In this document: in pieces, positions 1 through 9,429 of the stretch | Layout of the letters: every line of letters starts with the position of its first letter | How positions within the stretch are numbered: position 1 is the stretch's first letter | Source of the DNA: Cyanidioschyzon merolae | Lineage: Eukaryota | Assembly (NCBI GenBank): GCA_000091205.1 | Contig: AP006500.2 | Length of the DNA: 64,000 bases | Reading direction: 5' to 3' (one strand) | Program-made: the position numbers and the translations under genes | The notes under the pieces: generated by a model | The model's database searches: none | Told to the model about the DNA's origin: nothing | What the model saw: only the letters and a program-made list of their open reading frames with translations

Positions 1-2210
1 CGACGCAGCGATGTGAGGTAACTTGCCAAACACGGTGGTCTTTGGAAAGGAGTGAACGCGAACAGCGCCTGGTATTTGTCCCCCTGATCCACCTGCACAG
101 CTTCACCTGTAACGCTCTGTTCATTCACGAACGGAAGCAGAAACATATCAAAGCAGGCAAGGTCCTCCTCGACGAGTAGCCCTTTCGTCGGTGAGGAGGC
201 CTCAGTTGTCGAAGCGCCGCTACCAAAGAGCCGCTCTGCGAGCTCCACTGCGCCCATGTCGGTTGCGGATAGACCACTCTGAACGAGCGACATCGCATCC
301 AGGGGATCTGGTGTGCCTCCGTCATGACACCGCAGCCGCTGGACGTAGACACGAGCGCGCCCGCGTTGGCGTCCCGGATCAATGGTCAGTTTCAGGGAGT
401 CGTGATCACGCTGTAGAGCATCGTGCCAGTGGGCAGCTGTGTGCGCCAAAATCTGCTGAAAGAGCCCCATGACAGCGCTGAATGCTTCTCGTGCCCAGTG
501 CGTGTTCCCAAACACATACTGTTCCATTTCGGAAAGCGGTACGAACTCAAACCCGAAACATTCCCGCGTGTTGTGGTAGGTCACAAACGCACCAACCATG
601 CGGCCTACGCGAAGCTGGAAACAGTACTTGATGAATACCGAGCGAATCATATCGTAAAATTCTCGCTCATAAGAGTACATCGGTCCACGCAAGTGCGTGA
701 TACGGTACTCCAAGTAGTCCCGGTAGTTGTCGAGATCCCAGCGAATCGGTGCAGCGGCTCGCGTTTTCAAGTCAAACGGCTCATCGGTGCGCGGGTGTCG
801 GCAATCAATCTGCGCTCGCAGGACAAAGTCCCCGCAGCGGCTGTAGTTGAAAGCCTGGTCCGGCATCGGCGAGATCGCTTCGTCCGTCAAAAGCTGGGCC
901 TGGGGACGCAGAAACTTGCGACAGAATGCACCGGGTTCCATGGTCAGCATGCGCTCCATCGAATGTCCCAGATCCATGAGGATGCTTTCGCGGTTCACGA
1001 TGCCTTTGCATGCGTCAATCGCGATCATACCGTCGAGCGGTTGGAGAAGAACGCTCACCGGTTTGTGGGCATGCCTGGTAAAATGTCGAGGCTGCCGCTG
1101 GAAGAATTCGCTGAGACCCTCTAAAGTGGTCCCCCGAAAGCTGCTCACCAAGTGATAGAGCGCCGTCAGCACGCCCGTGATCGAGGACGTTGAGGCGAGG
1201 TACGAGGCACCTTCGAGGCGCGCCACCTCGCGAAGTGCATCATCACGCGAAGCAGGTACATAGGGTGGGATGTTCTCCCAGGCGATTTCCGCCGGCTGTC
1301 GAATAAGTCGCAGGTAGGGATCAAAGTTGTAGCGCTGGGTCTCTGGGCACAGCAGCGGATGAACGCCCCCGTCTTCGACCACTCGGGAGAGGTCGTGCGC
1401 GAGGGTCGGCACACTCACATTCGGCAAACGTGCATTCGACGCTGGCGTGAGGGCAAAGCTGTTGTGCGGAGGCAGTAGCAGCTTCCACTGCCTGTCGGAG
1501 GCGATCAGCTCGGGGGGAGCGTTGCGCCACAACCGTTCCAACTCCCGCGCCGCCTGTCGCTCTGCCGCCTCGAGCGTTGTCGGCAAACGAGCCAGCGTCT
1601 CCGAGCGCCTTCGCTCTGAAAACGGAACCGGTACTGGACGCGTGCGATAGACGTAGCCTTTCGGGGGTCCCGGTGTCAGGGCACTCGACAGTAACGCTGT
1701 CGCCGGGTCGTTTCGCGTGCCTGTTGCCACGGGTGTCGGCTTGCGCTGCGCGGCCGGTACCTCCACGGCGACTTGTGGTGTCGACTGGGCCGCTACCGCC
1801 ACTTGCGTTGCAGCAACAGCGGTAGGCACTTCCGACAGCACGCGCTCTAAAAGCTTTTCAGCAGCGGAACCTACTTCTGCCGCAGGTAGCAAGTCGAGCG
1901 CTGCCGCAGCGCGATCGAAACGGTTCGAGACGGATCGTCGCACGGGATTTCTTGGCCAGCGCTTGCTATGTATCAGTCGCCTGTGATCATTAGCCCAACG
2001 AACACAAGTTGCCGTCGTCATCGCCACAGCTCCTGGAAAGCAGGCGGTGTAGAGCCCGCGCGATGGAGCACAGGATGCCGAGGTCCGTTCTTCGAGCGCC
2101 GAGGCGCCTCCTGTGTGCCGAGCTCCCGCGTTTCCCAGTGTGTCGAGGCGAAGTACTCGCCCTGAACGTGTAGCATGCTTGCTCGCGAAGCCTCGCAAAC
2201 AACCTAGCAT
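1..2210 (-). CDS. Conserved hypothetical protein, 3'-truncated by the window edge (at least 736 aa). N-terminal ~200 aa are low-complexity; the conserved core has no confidently recognisable family.
   Basis: Hand translation of the minus strand gives one uninterrupted reading frame from an ATG at 2208-2210 down to position 1. An in-frame stop lies upstream at 2373-2375. It is absent from the ORF track because it runs off the edge. The core is protein-like, e.g. ...LQPLDGMIAIDACKGIVNRESILMDLGHSMERMLTMEP...RWDLDNYRDYLEYRITHLRGPMYSYEREFYDMIRSVF.... The plus-strand track ORF 423..1124 is its antisense shadow. Confidence 0.5.
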   Translation of the reverse strand, partial: MLGCLRGFASKHATRSGRVLRLDTLGNAGARHTGGASALEERTSASCAPSRGLYTACFPGAVAMTTATCVRWANDHRRLIHSKRWPRNPVRRSVSNRFDRAAAALDLLPAAEVGSAAEKLLERVLSEVPTAVAATQVAVAAQSTPQVAVEVPAAQRKPTPVATGTRNDPATALLSSALTPGPPKGYVYRTRPVPVPFSERRRSETLARLPTTLEAAERQAARELERLWRNAPPELIASDRQWKLLLPPHNSFALTPASNARLPNVSVPTLAHDLSRVVEDGGVHPLLCPETQRYNFDPYLRLIRQPAEIAWENIPPYVPASRDDALREVARLEGASYLASTSSITGVLTALYHLVSSFRGTTLEGLSEFFQRQPRHFTRHAHKPVSVLLQPLDGMIAIDACKGIVNRESILMDLGHSMERMLTMEPGAFCRKFLRPQAQLLTDEAISPMPDQAFNYSRCGDFVLRAQIDCRHPRTDEPFDLKTRAAAPIRWDLDNYRDYLEYRITHLRGPMYSYEREFYDMIRSVFIKYCFQLRVGRMVGAFVTYHNTRECFGFEFVPLSEMEQYVFGNTHWAREAFSAVMGLFQQILAHTAAHWHDALQRDHDSLKLTIDPGRQRGRARVYVQRLRCHDGGTPDPLDAMSLVQSGLSATDMGAVELAERLFGSGASTTEASSPTKGLLVEEDLACFDMFLLPFVNEQSVTGEAVQVDQGDKYQALFAFTPFQRPPCLASYLTSLR

Positions 2211-4855
2211 GACTGGAGCGCTCCCCCCGTCTCTACACGATGAGCCGCCACCAGCTGCCCAGCAGCGCTGGAAAAGCCCACGGGCGCACGTTGCGTTCCA
2301 GCGACGGCAGGCGGCTGCGGCGCGCCCGAGGCCAACCTGACAGGCGTCCAGTTCGCTGGTATCCAAAACTTGCTATCGAGAGGGTCTTCGTGTGCTCTGT
2401 GGCTTCGCTGTCCACAAATAAGAAGAGTCAGGGGCGTGGGACAAAAGGTTTCAGGGGTTGTTTGGAAAATTAGGGGCCTCACTGCAGATGCGCTGCTTGC
2501 ACGGTGCGCTGAGCGCTGCGGGCGAGCGCCCAACACTACTGCACTCGTTACGCAACCGAGACGCCGTTACTCGGTGAAACCGAGAACAAGTTCACTCGTT
2601 TGATTGTCCGTAGTGTTGGCGAGTTGTGACGCATCAGGTAGCTGTGTTCTTGTGGGGTTAGCAAAGGGCGAGTGGCTGCTTTTCTGGGACGAATGGGCAG
2701 ACCGGTGGTGTCTGTTTCCGGAGCGATGCTCGCTCTGTGACAGTGCGCGCTACTCACAGCGCGACGCTGACTGGCAGAACGTGCAGCAGCTGGGATACCT
2801 GTATACTATGGATTACAGTGTGTAGTTGGATAGGGCTTCCCGCCTTGATCCGCGCTGCTTTCTGACTAATGTCGGCGGCGTGCGCTGGAGCACGCTCTAC
2901 CGAATACAGATCAGACAGCAGCGAAGCTTCTCAATGCGTAGAGGCGCCTGTAACTTGAAGCGCGTTACATTCTCGAGCGCGGAGTAGGAACGGCGGTGTT
3001 GTCAGGTTTGAAGGAAAGCAAACTTTCGTTTTTCGTTTTTGGTGCTTGTGGCTGCTGTTGGAACAGAAAATGGAATGATCGTCGAGGACGATTTAACTCG
3101 GATGACGACTCCAAGCTTCATCCTTGCGTGCGACGCTCGGCCGCATACGAACCAAGGTGAGCGCGCAGTACCGGCCCGTGCTGAATCGCGTAGCCACGGT
3201 TGCAGCGCTTGATACGCTGACATTCGTCCAGCGACTTCAGAGGCATCACGGATGAAGCGCAGGCACCTGTTGACGGCTCTGCATGCGAGGCGATGGTCTC
3301 GGGACAAGGGCGGCTTTCTGGAGAATCTCGCAAGAGACATGATTCAAGCAGCAATGAGGAACCTCTGAGAAAGGCGTCCAGCGCCACGAACGTTGTTACT
3401 GATGAATCTGGGAGTTTGCGCACGGCTCGATACTCGTTGGCGGCCCTCTTTCTGTGGAACGTATAGAGGGCCGCTTCCAAAGCGTTCATTCGAAGCCAAG
3501 AACAAGTACGTGCAGGTTTCGCTACCGCCCGGAGCATATCGCTCACGATTTACGAGGAACGCGGTCGATAGATCACTGCATACAACGCGAGAGCATTCAA
3601 TACGAAAGGGCTGCTCCATTCAAATCCCCAAAGAGAACCAGGTAAACAAGCACTGTGCAGTTGCAGATCGGTTATTGACGCCTAGTGCAGGAATCGAACC
3701 AGGTCTGGGCAGGATGCTCTTGCGCAGCACATGAGCCGCTACACAATGCTCCCTGCGAAGCAACCGACTCTACCTCTTCGATATAGACGACGCGCAGTAG
3801 CAGGCATTATCTATGCATGGAGTCAGAATGCTCCTGATGGTCGGATACTGGGCATTCGAAGGCGCCAACCTGCGTCTATGTGGTGGCAGGCTGCTGACTT
3901 AGCCGCTACGCCTATCGTCGACCAGGATGCCGCCATGACGCTGTGTGGAAACGCATTTGCGCATGTAAACAAGTCAAGGCCACAGCGTTGTACAGGGCTA
4001 TGGTTCCCGAACCTGGTTCCAGCGAGTGCCAGAGCCAGAGCGTCCGGTAGCTTAGTATGCAGTGAGGAGGTTCTCGGGCGTTACGGTTATGGTCGCCACG
4101 AGGCCTCTGTGGTGTTTGCAGCGAGAGTCTGGGTATCGTGGACGACCACGTGCGCCCTGGCCGCTCATTATCCACTGATGGATAGCATACGGTGCCGACT
4201 TGGGAATGAATTGGTACCGGTCCAAGTACCGAACATTCGCGTGCAACCTAAAATTTGCGTCCCGTTCCCCTGCCTCCAGAAACCACCGACTGCTTACGAT
4301 GGAGTTGGACAGACATGAGAGACCGGCGTTTGCAAAGCTAGATATAGCTGGGAGGACAATAAACCAGTCGCAGAATAAGCTCGCAAACGCCGGCGTTGAT
4401 CGCAACCGGAACAGACGCAAAGTTTTGCGTGTACCCCCCGAGTAAACGAAGTGTTCCTGTTCCAACACACTCCTGCTGAAACGGGTTATAGGCCGTAGCC
4501 GACCTAGGATCGAACGCTGCGATCCCGTGCGCTCCAGGTCAAACGTAATACCCTCGCACGCGTACACAAGTTTGCGCTATGGCCTCGTAGTGTTTCGCTT
4601 CGTCTGCCTGCCTTCTTACTTGCTCGGGGGGTCTCGATGCTTGCCTAGCGGAAACCGTAGTCCTGCGGCAACGTTCGCCACTGACTGCATTCTTGTTGTT
4701 CCGTCTCTGGGCGCAGTTGTCTCTACGCCCCGGCGGTGACGCGCAAGCCTGGGCTCACCAGCACCGCTGGGCACTGTCCCTGCAACACGGGACAGCAAAC
4801 ACAGCACCAGAGGACGTGTGTGCCTGGCCGGCTCGCTGGATTCGCTCCGAACTCG

Positions 4856-6343
4856 ATGCAGCTACCCGAGACGCCGATGTGGCAGCAGGTGCTGCAGCGC
4901 GTCCTCACGGAGCTAGAAACCCTTCGAATCGTGCACACCTGCCGCTCTGCGAGCCTGTACGAAGACGATCGGATATGGACGCTGATTCCAGCCCACTTTC
5001 GTGAGCAGATCTCGGACAGTACCAGCGCTGTGTTGCAGCAAGAGGGCGCTGCGCTGGCGGACGCACTGCTAGTACCTTTCGTCCACACGCCCGAGTCTAC
5101 GACGTTTTTAGAACAGAAGGACGATCTCAAAACAACGCTGGAACTTGCTTACCAGCGCCTACCTCGAAGAAAAGCGCTACAAGTTCGGAAACTCGCGCCC
5201 CGCATGGGACAGCTTCTGGACCAGCTGGTATGTTTCGCGGATCACAACGAGGAGCATCTGCAGCTCGTGGAGGTAGGTTGCGGACGTGGTCTTGTTTCCC
5301 AGACCCTGAGCGTTGCACTTGGGGCGCAGCGAGGACGCCACTGCCTCGACATCCTCGGCATCGAACAGGATCCGCGTTTGTGCGCGCTGTTCCGCCGCCG
5401 TTGGGCGCGTGCGCCTCAGCAGGTCGAGGCAGCGCGCTGCGCCGTTCGACACGCACGTATCGAGTGTGCGGCGGATATTGCGCGGCATGCGTGTCTTGCA
5501 CGCGAACTTTGTGACAATGTCACGCATCGCAGCGTGATCCTGGCGCTGCACGGATGCGGTGCGTTATCTGCGTATGCGTTGCGCACGCTTGACTCGGAGC
5601 GGTGCACACTCCAGCCTGAAGCAGTGATCTGTATTGGTTGCTGTTATCATAAGCTCCGGTGTCGGGATGCAGTCGCGGAGTTGGTGCCGGATGAAGCAGC
5701 TTGTGTGGAGTTTCCGCTCTCTCGTTGGCTTTCGCAGCTGGAGGGGTTTACGTTCAGCGCGCTGGCCTATGGTGGCGATGCGCTGATGAATCGGAGTTCT
5801 TTGTATCTGGCTAGCACGGATGCAACGGCACTGCGCAATCCGAATGCGATGCATGCGCAGAAAATCCTTCGGCAGCATCACTATCGAGCGATGCTACAAG
5901 TGGTGCTGAGCAGCCTGGCTACCGCGGGGGATGCGGAGCTCAGGCGGCGCGCGCAGATGCTCCTCGAAGCCGAGCGGGACCCGCGCTGGGCGCTTCTACG
6001 TCGAATGGGTAAGCGTATTGACCAGTTCAACGATTTCGCGGCCTATGCGAGAGACGGCCTAGAGTGCCTGCAACTGCCTTTTGATCCAGAATTGGTGCAG
6101 GAGATTGCGGCGAAATACGATACGCCGCTGCATCGACATCGATGTTTCGTGTTTTGGACCTTGTGTGGCAGGTTGGCGCCCCTGCTCGAAGCACTTGTCC
6201 TACTAGATCGCGTTGTTTACGCCCAAGAGTGCGGGTATCATGCGTGGATTGAGGCGGCGTTTCCAGCAGAGGCGTCGCCCCGTAACAGGGCCATTATTGC
6301 GGTTCGTAGACAAGTCGCAGATCGATGTGCTCGCGCCGCATGA
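4856..6343 (+). CDS. Putative SAM-dependent methyltransferase (Methyltransf_32/METTL25-like).
   Basis: Track ORF 4736..6343 starts at GTG; the first in-frame ATG is at 4856 (MQLPETPMWQQ...). It has a glycine-rich methyltransferase motif I (LVEVGCGRGLVSQ) in a ~500-aa protein. The family assignment rests on that motif only. Confidence 0.45.
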   Translation: MQLPETPMWQQVLQRVLTELETLRIVHTCRSASLYEDDRIWTLIPAHFREQISDSTSAVLQQEGAALADALLVPFVHTPESTTFLEQKDDLKTTLELAYQRLPRRKALQVRKLAPRMGQLLDQLVCFADHNEEHLQLVEVGCGRGLVSQTLSVALGAQRGRHCLDILGIEQDPRLCALFRRRWARAPQQVEAARCAVRHARIECAADIARHACLARELCDNVTHRSVILALHGCGALSAYALRTLDSERCTLQPEAVICIGCCYHKLRCRDAVAELVPDEAACVEFPLSRWLSQLEGFTFSALAYGGDALMNRSSLYLASTDATALRNPNAMHAQKILRQHHYRAMLQVVLSSLATAGDAELRRRAQMLLEAERDPRWALLRRMGKRIDQFNDFAAYARDGLECLQLPFDPELVQEIAAKYDTPLHRHRCFVFWTLCGRLAPLLEALVLLDRVVYAQECGYHAWIEAAFPAEASPRNRAIIAVRRQVADRCARAA

Positions 6344-6692
6344 TGCGCTGCAAAGGCGCGATCATGCAAAAGCGATCAACGCAAACGGCTTGTTCGCCGC
6401 TTTATACAGGGCATGCGTCACCGGGGCTAGGTTGTCGGCAACGTGGACGAACGCTTCGCAATGCAAACGCGGAAACGAACGCGATTGCAGCACGAGCGCT
6501 GGTGCATGTACAGCAATGTTACGTGTACTCGATGACGCACGGGTTTCGTCTCTTCTGGGTTCGCGGGGCCCAGGAGTTGCGCTCGGATTCTCCTGCAAGC
6601 ATCATATATCCGTTTCTAGTCACGTGCATCGTGCCGCATCATCCGTTCGGAGCTCAGAAAAGCAACCTGTGTCGAAGTATTGCCTCAAGCTT

Positions 6693-6725
<33 letters not shown>
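6693..6725. repeat. (AGC)n trinucleotide microsatellite, about 11 copies, intergenic.
   Basis: Direct read: agcagcagcagcagcagcagcagcagcagcagc. Confidence 0.8.
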
Positions 6726-6727
<2 letters not shown>

Positions 6728-7130
6728 TGGCGTTGATAGCTGCAACCGCAACATGCGACGTACTCTGCGCGTTGCGGTTTCGCTGCAACTCTCCATGACC
6801 AAGATGACGCCAATGACGATACCGAACGAGGCGTCTTCGGTAACTTGAAAACCTAGGCATGGACCGAGTGGTGCAACTGCTTCCAGCCCATTCGCCTCTG
6901 CGGAGCGTATTCATGTCCTAAGCGCTTCACCACGAAAAAATGGATTCGCTGCGTGCAAACTTTCGTCTCGACCTTGAGCGGTTTCGCTGCGGCCGCTCGC
7001 GGAAGAATCGGTGCCTCTGGGGCAGCGCTTTGCGATTTGCGGCGCATTCCATTCGCTGCAGCTGGCATCTCGGAACGTGCAAGCAAGCCTAGGAATCGTA
7101 TCCTGTCCATCCGTCGCGCATGTCATCCGC

Positions 7131-8483
7131 TCAATTTCCAGGAAACAGCAAGGACCCGATAAGGCATGCTGAAAGCGGTACCGTTATATTATCATCACCA
7201 GGCGCGACAAGTTCCACCACAGCACAGCACACAGTAAGCATTGCAATGCGCGCTGCCGCAGCAGCGATCCCGATGTCGACGTATCCCCACGCGTGGAAAA
7301 TCGCGATGTACAGACACGATACTAGAAACGCGCTGACAATGAACACCGTGGTGCCGCCGATGGTTTTCTGCGAGCCACCACCCCGTGGTAGTGGCCATTT
7401 CGGTGTTCGCCATCGACGCCCAATGAGATCCGCCATCCCGTCCCCGACACACATTTGGATCAGGGCCAGGATCCCTACCGGTGACGGGCCGCGCCAGAAG
7501 AGAAACGTACATACCGTTGTCGCTAGGCAGTAGTAAAGCGGTCCTTTGAGCGCTTCACTTCGATCTCCTTGAACCACCATCGATGCATTTGCGGTCATGG
7601 ATTGCTCCGAGGCGCCGTCCTCATCGGCATGCTCTCGGATCCATTTCTGCATTGCTGCCTTCTGTCGCGCCAACGCATTCACCAGCGTGTCTTGACTTAG
7701 ACCCAGACCTGCCAACAGAAGCCTCACCGAGAGAATCGCAGGCACCATGGCTGCAATGCCCTGCGAGCTCCTCGCAGCCATGCTCAGAAACGTCGACCAC
7801 GACTGGAGGGAGACCCCCGCGGGAACCGCGCCAGCTGCGACGTGATTCTCGGCAAAGAGTGGCCACGACAGCATGAAGAGAGGCACACTGGTGATGTGAA
7901 CGATCTTACGAGAGAGTGTTGACTCAATGTATCCGTTTGTAGCGAGCCAGTCCCATATTTTCAGCCACGCGTACGAGCCGATCAGAGCGAATACGGCGGC
8001 TGCCAGGTCGCGTGTGACGAGCGCGTTGCCGTGCACAACTTGAAGACTCTCGCGCGCCACTGTGCTTCCTGAAGCGTAGCAAGGCGCAGATAACGTCCCG
8101 ACCAGTGCAGCGCCCAACGTTTCCAGGTACTGCCGCCAACGCGAAGCGTCCCTGCTGGCGAATACCCCCACAGACGGTAAACGACGCTGCCAGACGCTGC
8201 CTTTGACCTCGAGTTCGTGAGCGTGCCATCCAGTGAACCTAGAACGCGTTTCGTTATCCTGTCCGCCTCTGGTGCAGTGACGTTGTGCATTGCGCGGCAC
8301 TTGGCCTCGGTTATCGGGCTGAAAGCAGCACGAGCCCCAGCATCGTCTACGCCAGACTGCTATCGTTTGCGTTGCATTCGTCGGGTGCTGCGCAACATCC
8401 AGGTAGCGCCGAAGTGTACCAAGCGCCGGCCAAACGAAGCAGACACTGTCACCAGGACGTGCCCTACGGTGCACGAGCCGCAT
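7131..8483 (-). CDS. Polyprenol kinase family membrane protein (dolichol kinase / phytol kinase-like, CTP-dependent).
   Basis: Multi-pass hydrophobic protein. The C-terminal motif ...LIQMCVGDGMADLIGRRWRTPKWPLPRGGGSQKTIGGTTVFIVSAF... matches the GDGxAxxxGRRFG...K(S/T)xxGSxA signature of the SEC59/VTE5 family. The true ATG start is probably internal to the track ORF. Confidence 0.55.
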   Translation of the reverse strand: MRLVHRRARPGDSVCFVWPALGTLRRYLDVAQHPTNATQTIAVWRRRCWGSCCFQPDNRGQVPRNAQRHCTRGGQDNETRSRFTGWHAHELEVKGSVWQRRLPSVGVFASRDASRWRQYLETLGAALVGTLSAPCYASGSTVARESLQVVHGNALVTRDLAAAVFALIGSYAWLKIWDWLATNGYIESTLSRKIVHITSVPLFMLSWPLFAENHVAAGAVPAGVSLQSWSTFLSMAARSSQGIAAMVPAILSVRLLLAGLGLSQDTLVNALARQKAAMQKWIREHADEDGASEQSMTANASMVVQGDRSEALKGPLYYCLATTVCTFLFWRGPSPVGILALIQMCVGDGMADLIGRRWRTPKWPLPRGGGSQKTIGGTTVFIVSAFLVSCLYIAIFHAWGYVDIGIAAAAARIAMLTVCCAVVELVAPGDDNITVPLSACLIGSLLFPGN

Positions 8484-8610
8484 CCACTACAGCCTGCTCG
8501 GAAGCTCCCGGCTGGCTACCCGAGAATGGACGTCTCGAAAGAACGAACGTCGCCTTGGCCGCAGATCGGCGCGTCGTCGCCTGCCGAAGGCCGCAGCCGA
8601 ACGCCCTATA

Positions 8611-8690
8611 TTGGTAGTGGGTAGTATTGGTAGTACATAGGATTGGTAGTAGGATCGGTATCAGTAATGATGGTTTTCGTGGTTGTGATA
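8611..8690. repeat. Imperfect GTA/GGTAGTA-rich simple repeat.
   Basis: ggtagtgggtagtattggtagtacataggattggtagtaggatcggtatcagtaatgatgg. Confidence 0.5.
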
Positions 8691-8772
8691 ATGCCTCCTG
8701 TGGCGAAGCGAGCGCCAACAGTGGGCGCAGTGAACGGAGCGCACAGCATCGATCTAGATATCGCTTTTAAGG

Positions 8773-9210
8773 GAACGAAACCTACTCAAGCGTTATGATC
8801 CACAAACGTCTATCTGAACGAACGGAGATCCGTTTCGCTTTATCGGGTAGCAATGATTCATCCGGGATAGAGTCTGTTTGGGCTTGTCGAATGTACATCG
8901 TGAAAATTCGCTCTGCTGGAGTCTCTATTCTATAGAGAACGAAACCTACGCAAGCGTTATGATACACAAACGTCTATCTGAACGAACGGAGATCCGTTTC
9001 GCTTTATCTGGTAGCAATGATTCATCCGGGATAGAGTCTGTTTGGGCTTGTCGAATGTACATCGTGAAAATTCGCTCTGCTGGAATCTCTATTTTATAGA
9101 GAACGAAACCTACTGAAGCGTTATGATACACAAACGTCTATCTGAACGAATGGAGATCCGTTTCGCTTTATCGGGTAGCAATGATTCATCCAGGGTAGAG
9201 TCTGTTCATA
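8773..9210. repeat. Tandem repeat with a 164-bp unit, about 2.7 copies at more than 95% identity.
   Basis: The unit 'gaacgaaacctac...ctctatt(c/t)tatagagaac' restarts at 8773, 8937 and 9101, an exact 164-bp period; the third copy decays near 9210. Track ORFs 8782..8967(-) and 8946..9131(-) are near-identical translations of this repeat, not genes. Confidence 0.85.
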
Positions 9211-9429
9211 CGCATTCATCGTACATCCTGGGGAAATTCTAGCCAAGCAGCCAAAACGAAGTACGAGTAGCACCGCACTGCTGCTGGCAGACGCGGGAAA
9301 CATGCGCTGGGGGTACGTGGCGCGCACGCCTCGCGCTTCCATCCATAGCGCTTTCCAGGCGAAACAGTGACACCTGGAAAGAGGCGATTTCCCGGAAACC
9401 TCGTGATTCAGCCTGGAACGATTTCCGAT

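Noticed and set aside
423-1124. 233-aa plus-strand ORF at the left end.
   Set aside because: It is the antisense of the real minus-strand gene (1..2210) and its composition is not protein-like. This is a typical GC-rich shadow ORF. The same applies to 45234..45947(+) opposite mtnA, 10143..10712(-) opposite the 9430 gene, 47024..47638(-) opposite the Arp gene, 38394..39008(-) opposite the LINE, and many others.
3680-3765. tRNA-like T-loop motif 'ggttcgattcc' (reverse strand of 'ggaatcgaacc' at ~3691-3701) suggesting a tRNA gene.
   Set aside because: I could not fold a canonical cloverleaf around it. The T-stem pairs only 3 of 5, and no acceptor-stem partner sits at the correct distance. One acceptor-like pairing found (GCAGGGA/TTCCTGC) puts the T-loop in the wrong place. 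A single 11-mer is expected by chance a few percent of the time in 64 kb. It could be a tRNA-derived relic but is not a supportable tRNA call.
4318-4398. 11-bp perfect inverted repeat (ccggcgtttgc ... gcaaacgccgg) with a ~50-nt spacer, a possible hairpin or ncRNA.
   Set aside because: About one such inverted repeat is expected by chance in 64 kb. There is no supporting conservation or flanking signals.
4440-4560. Second 'ggatcgaac' T-loop-like motif and a local hairpin 'ggatcg...cgatcc'.
   Set aside because: No consistent tRNA secondary structure. It is probably a chance motif in GC-rich DNA.
6213-6848. Overlapping ORFs rich in Ser/Ala (polyS/polyA) between the methyltransferase and kinase genes.
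   Set aside because: They are translations of the (AGC)n microsatellite and flanking low-complexity DNA. There is no domain, and both strands give equally 'good' ORFs.
8773-9210. Possibility that the 164-bp or 71/82-bp direct repeats form a CRISPR array.
   Set aside because: The repeats are contiguous with no unique spacers. The units are far longer than CRISPR repeats, and the context is a eukaryotic chromosome with no cas genes.
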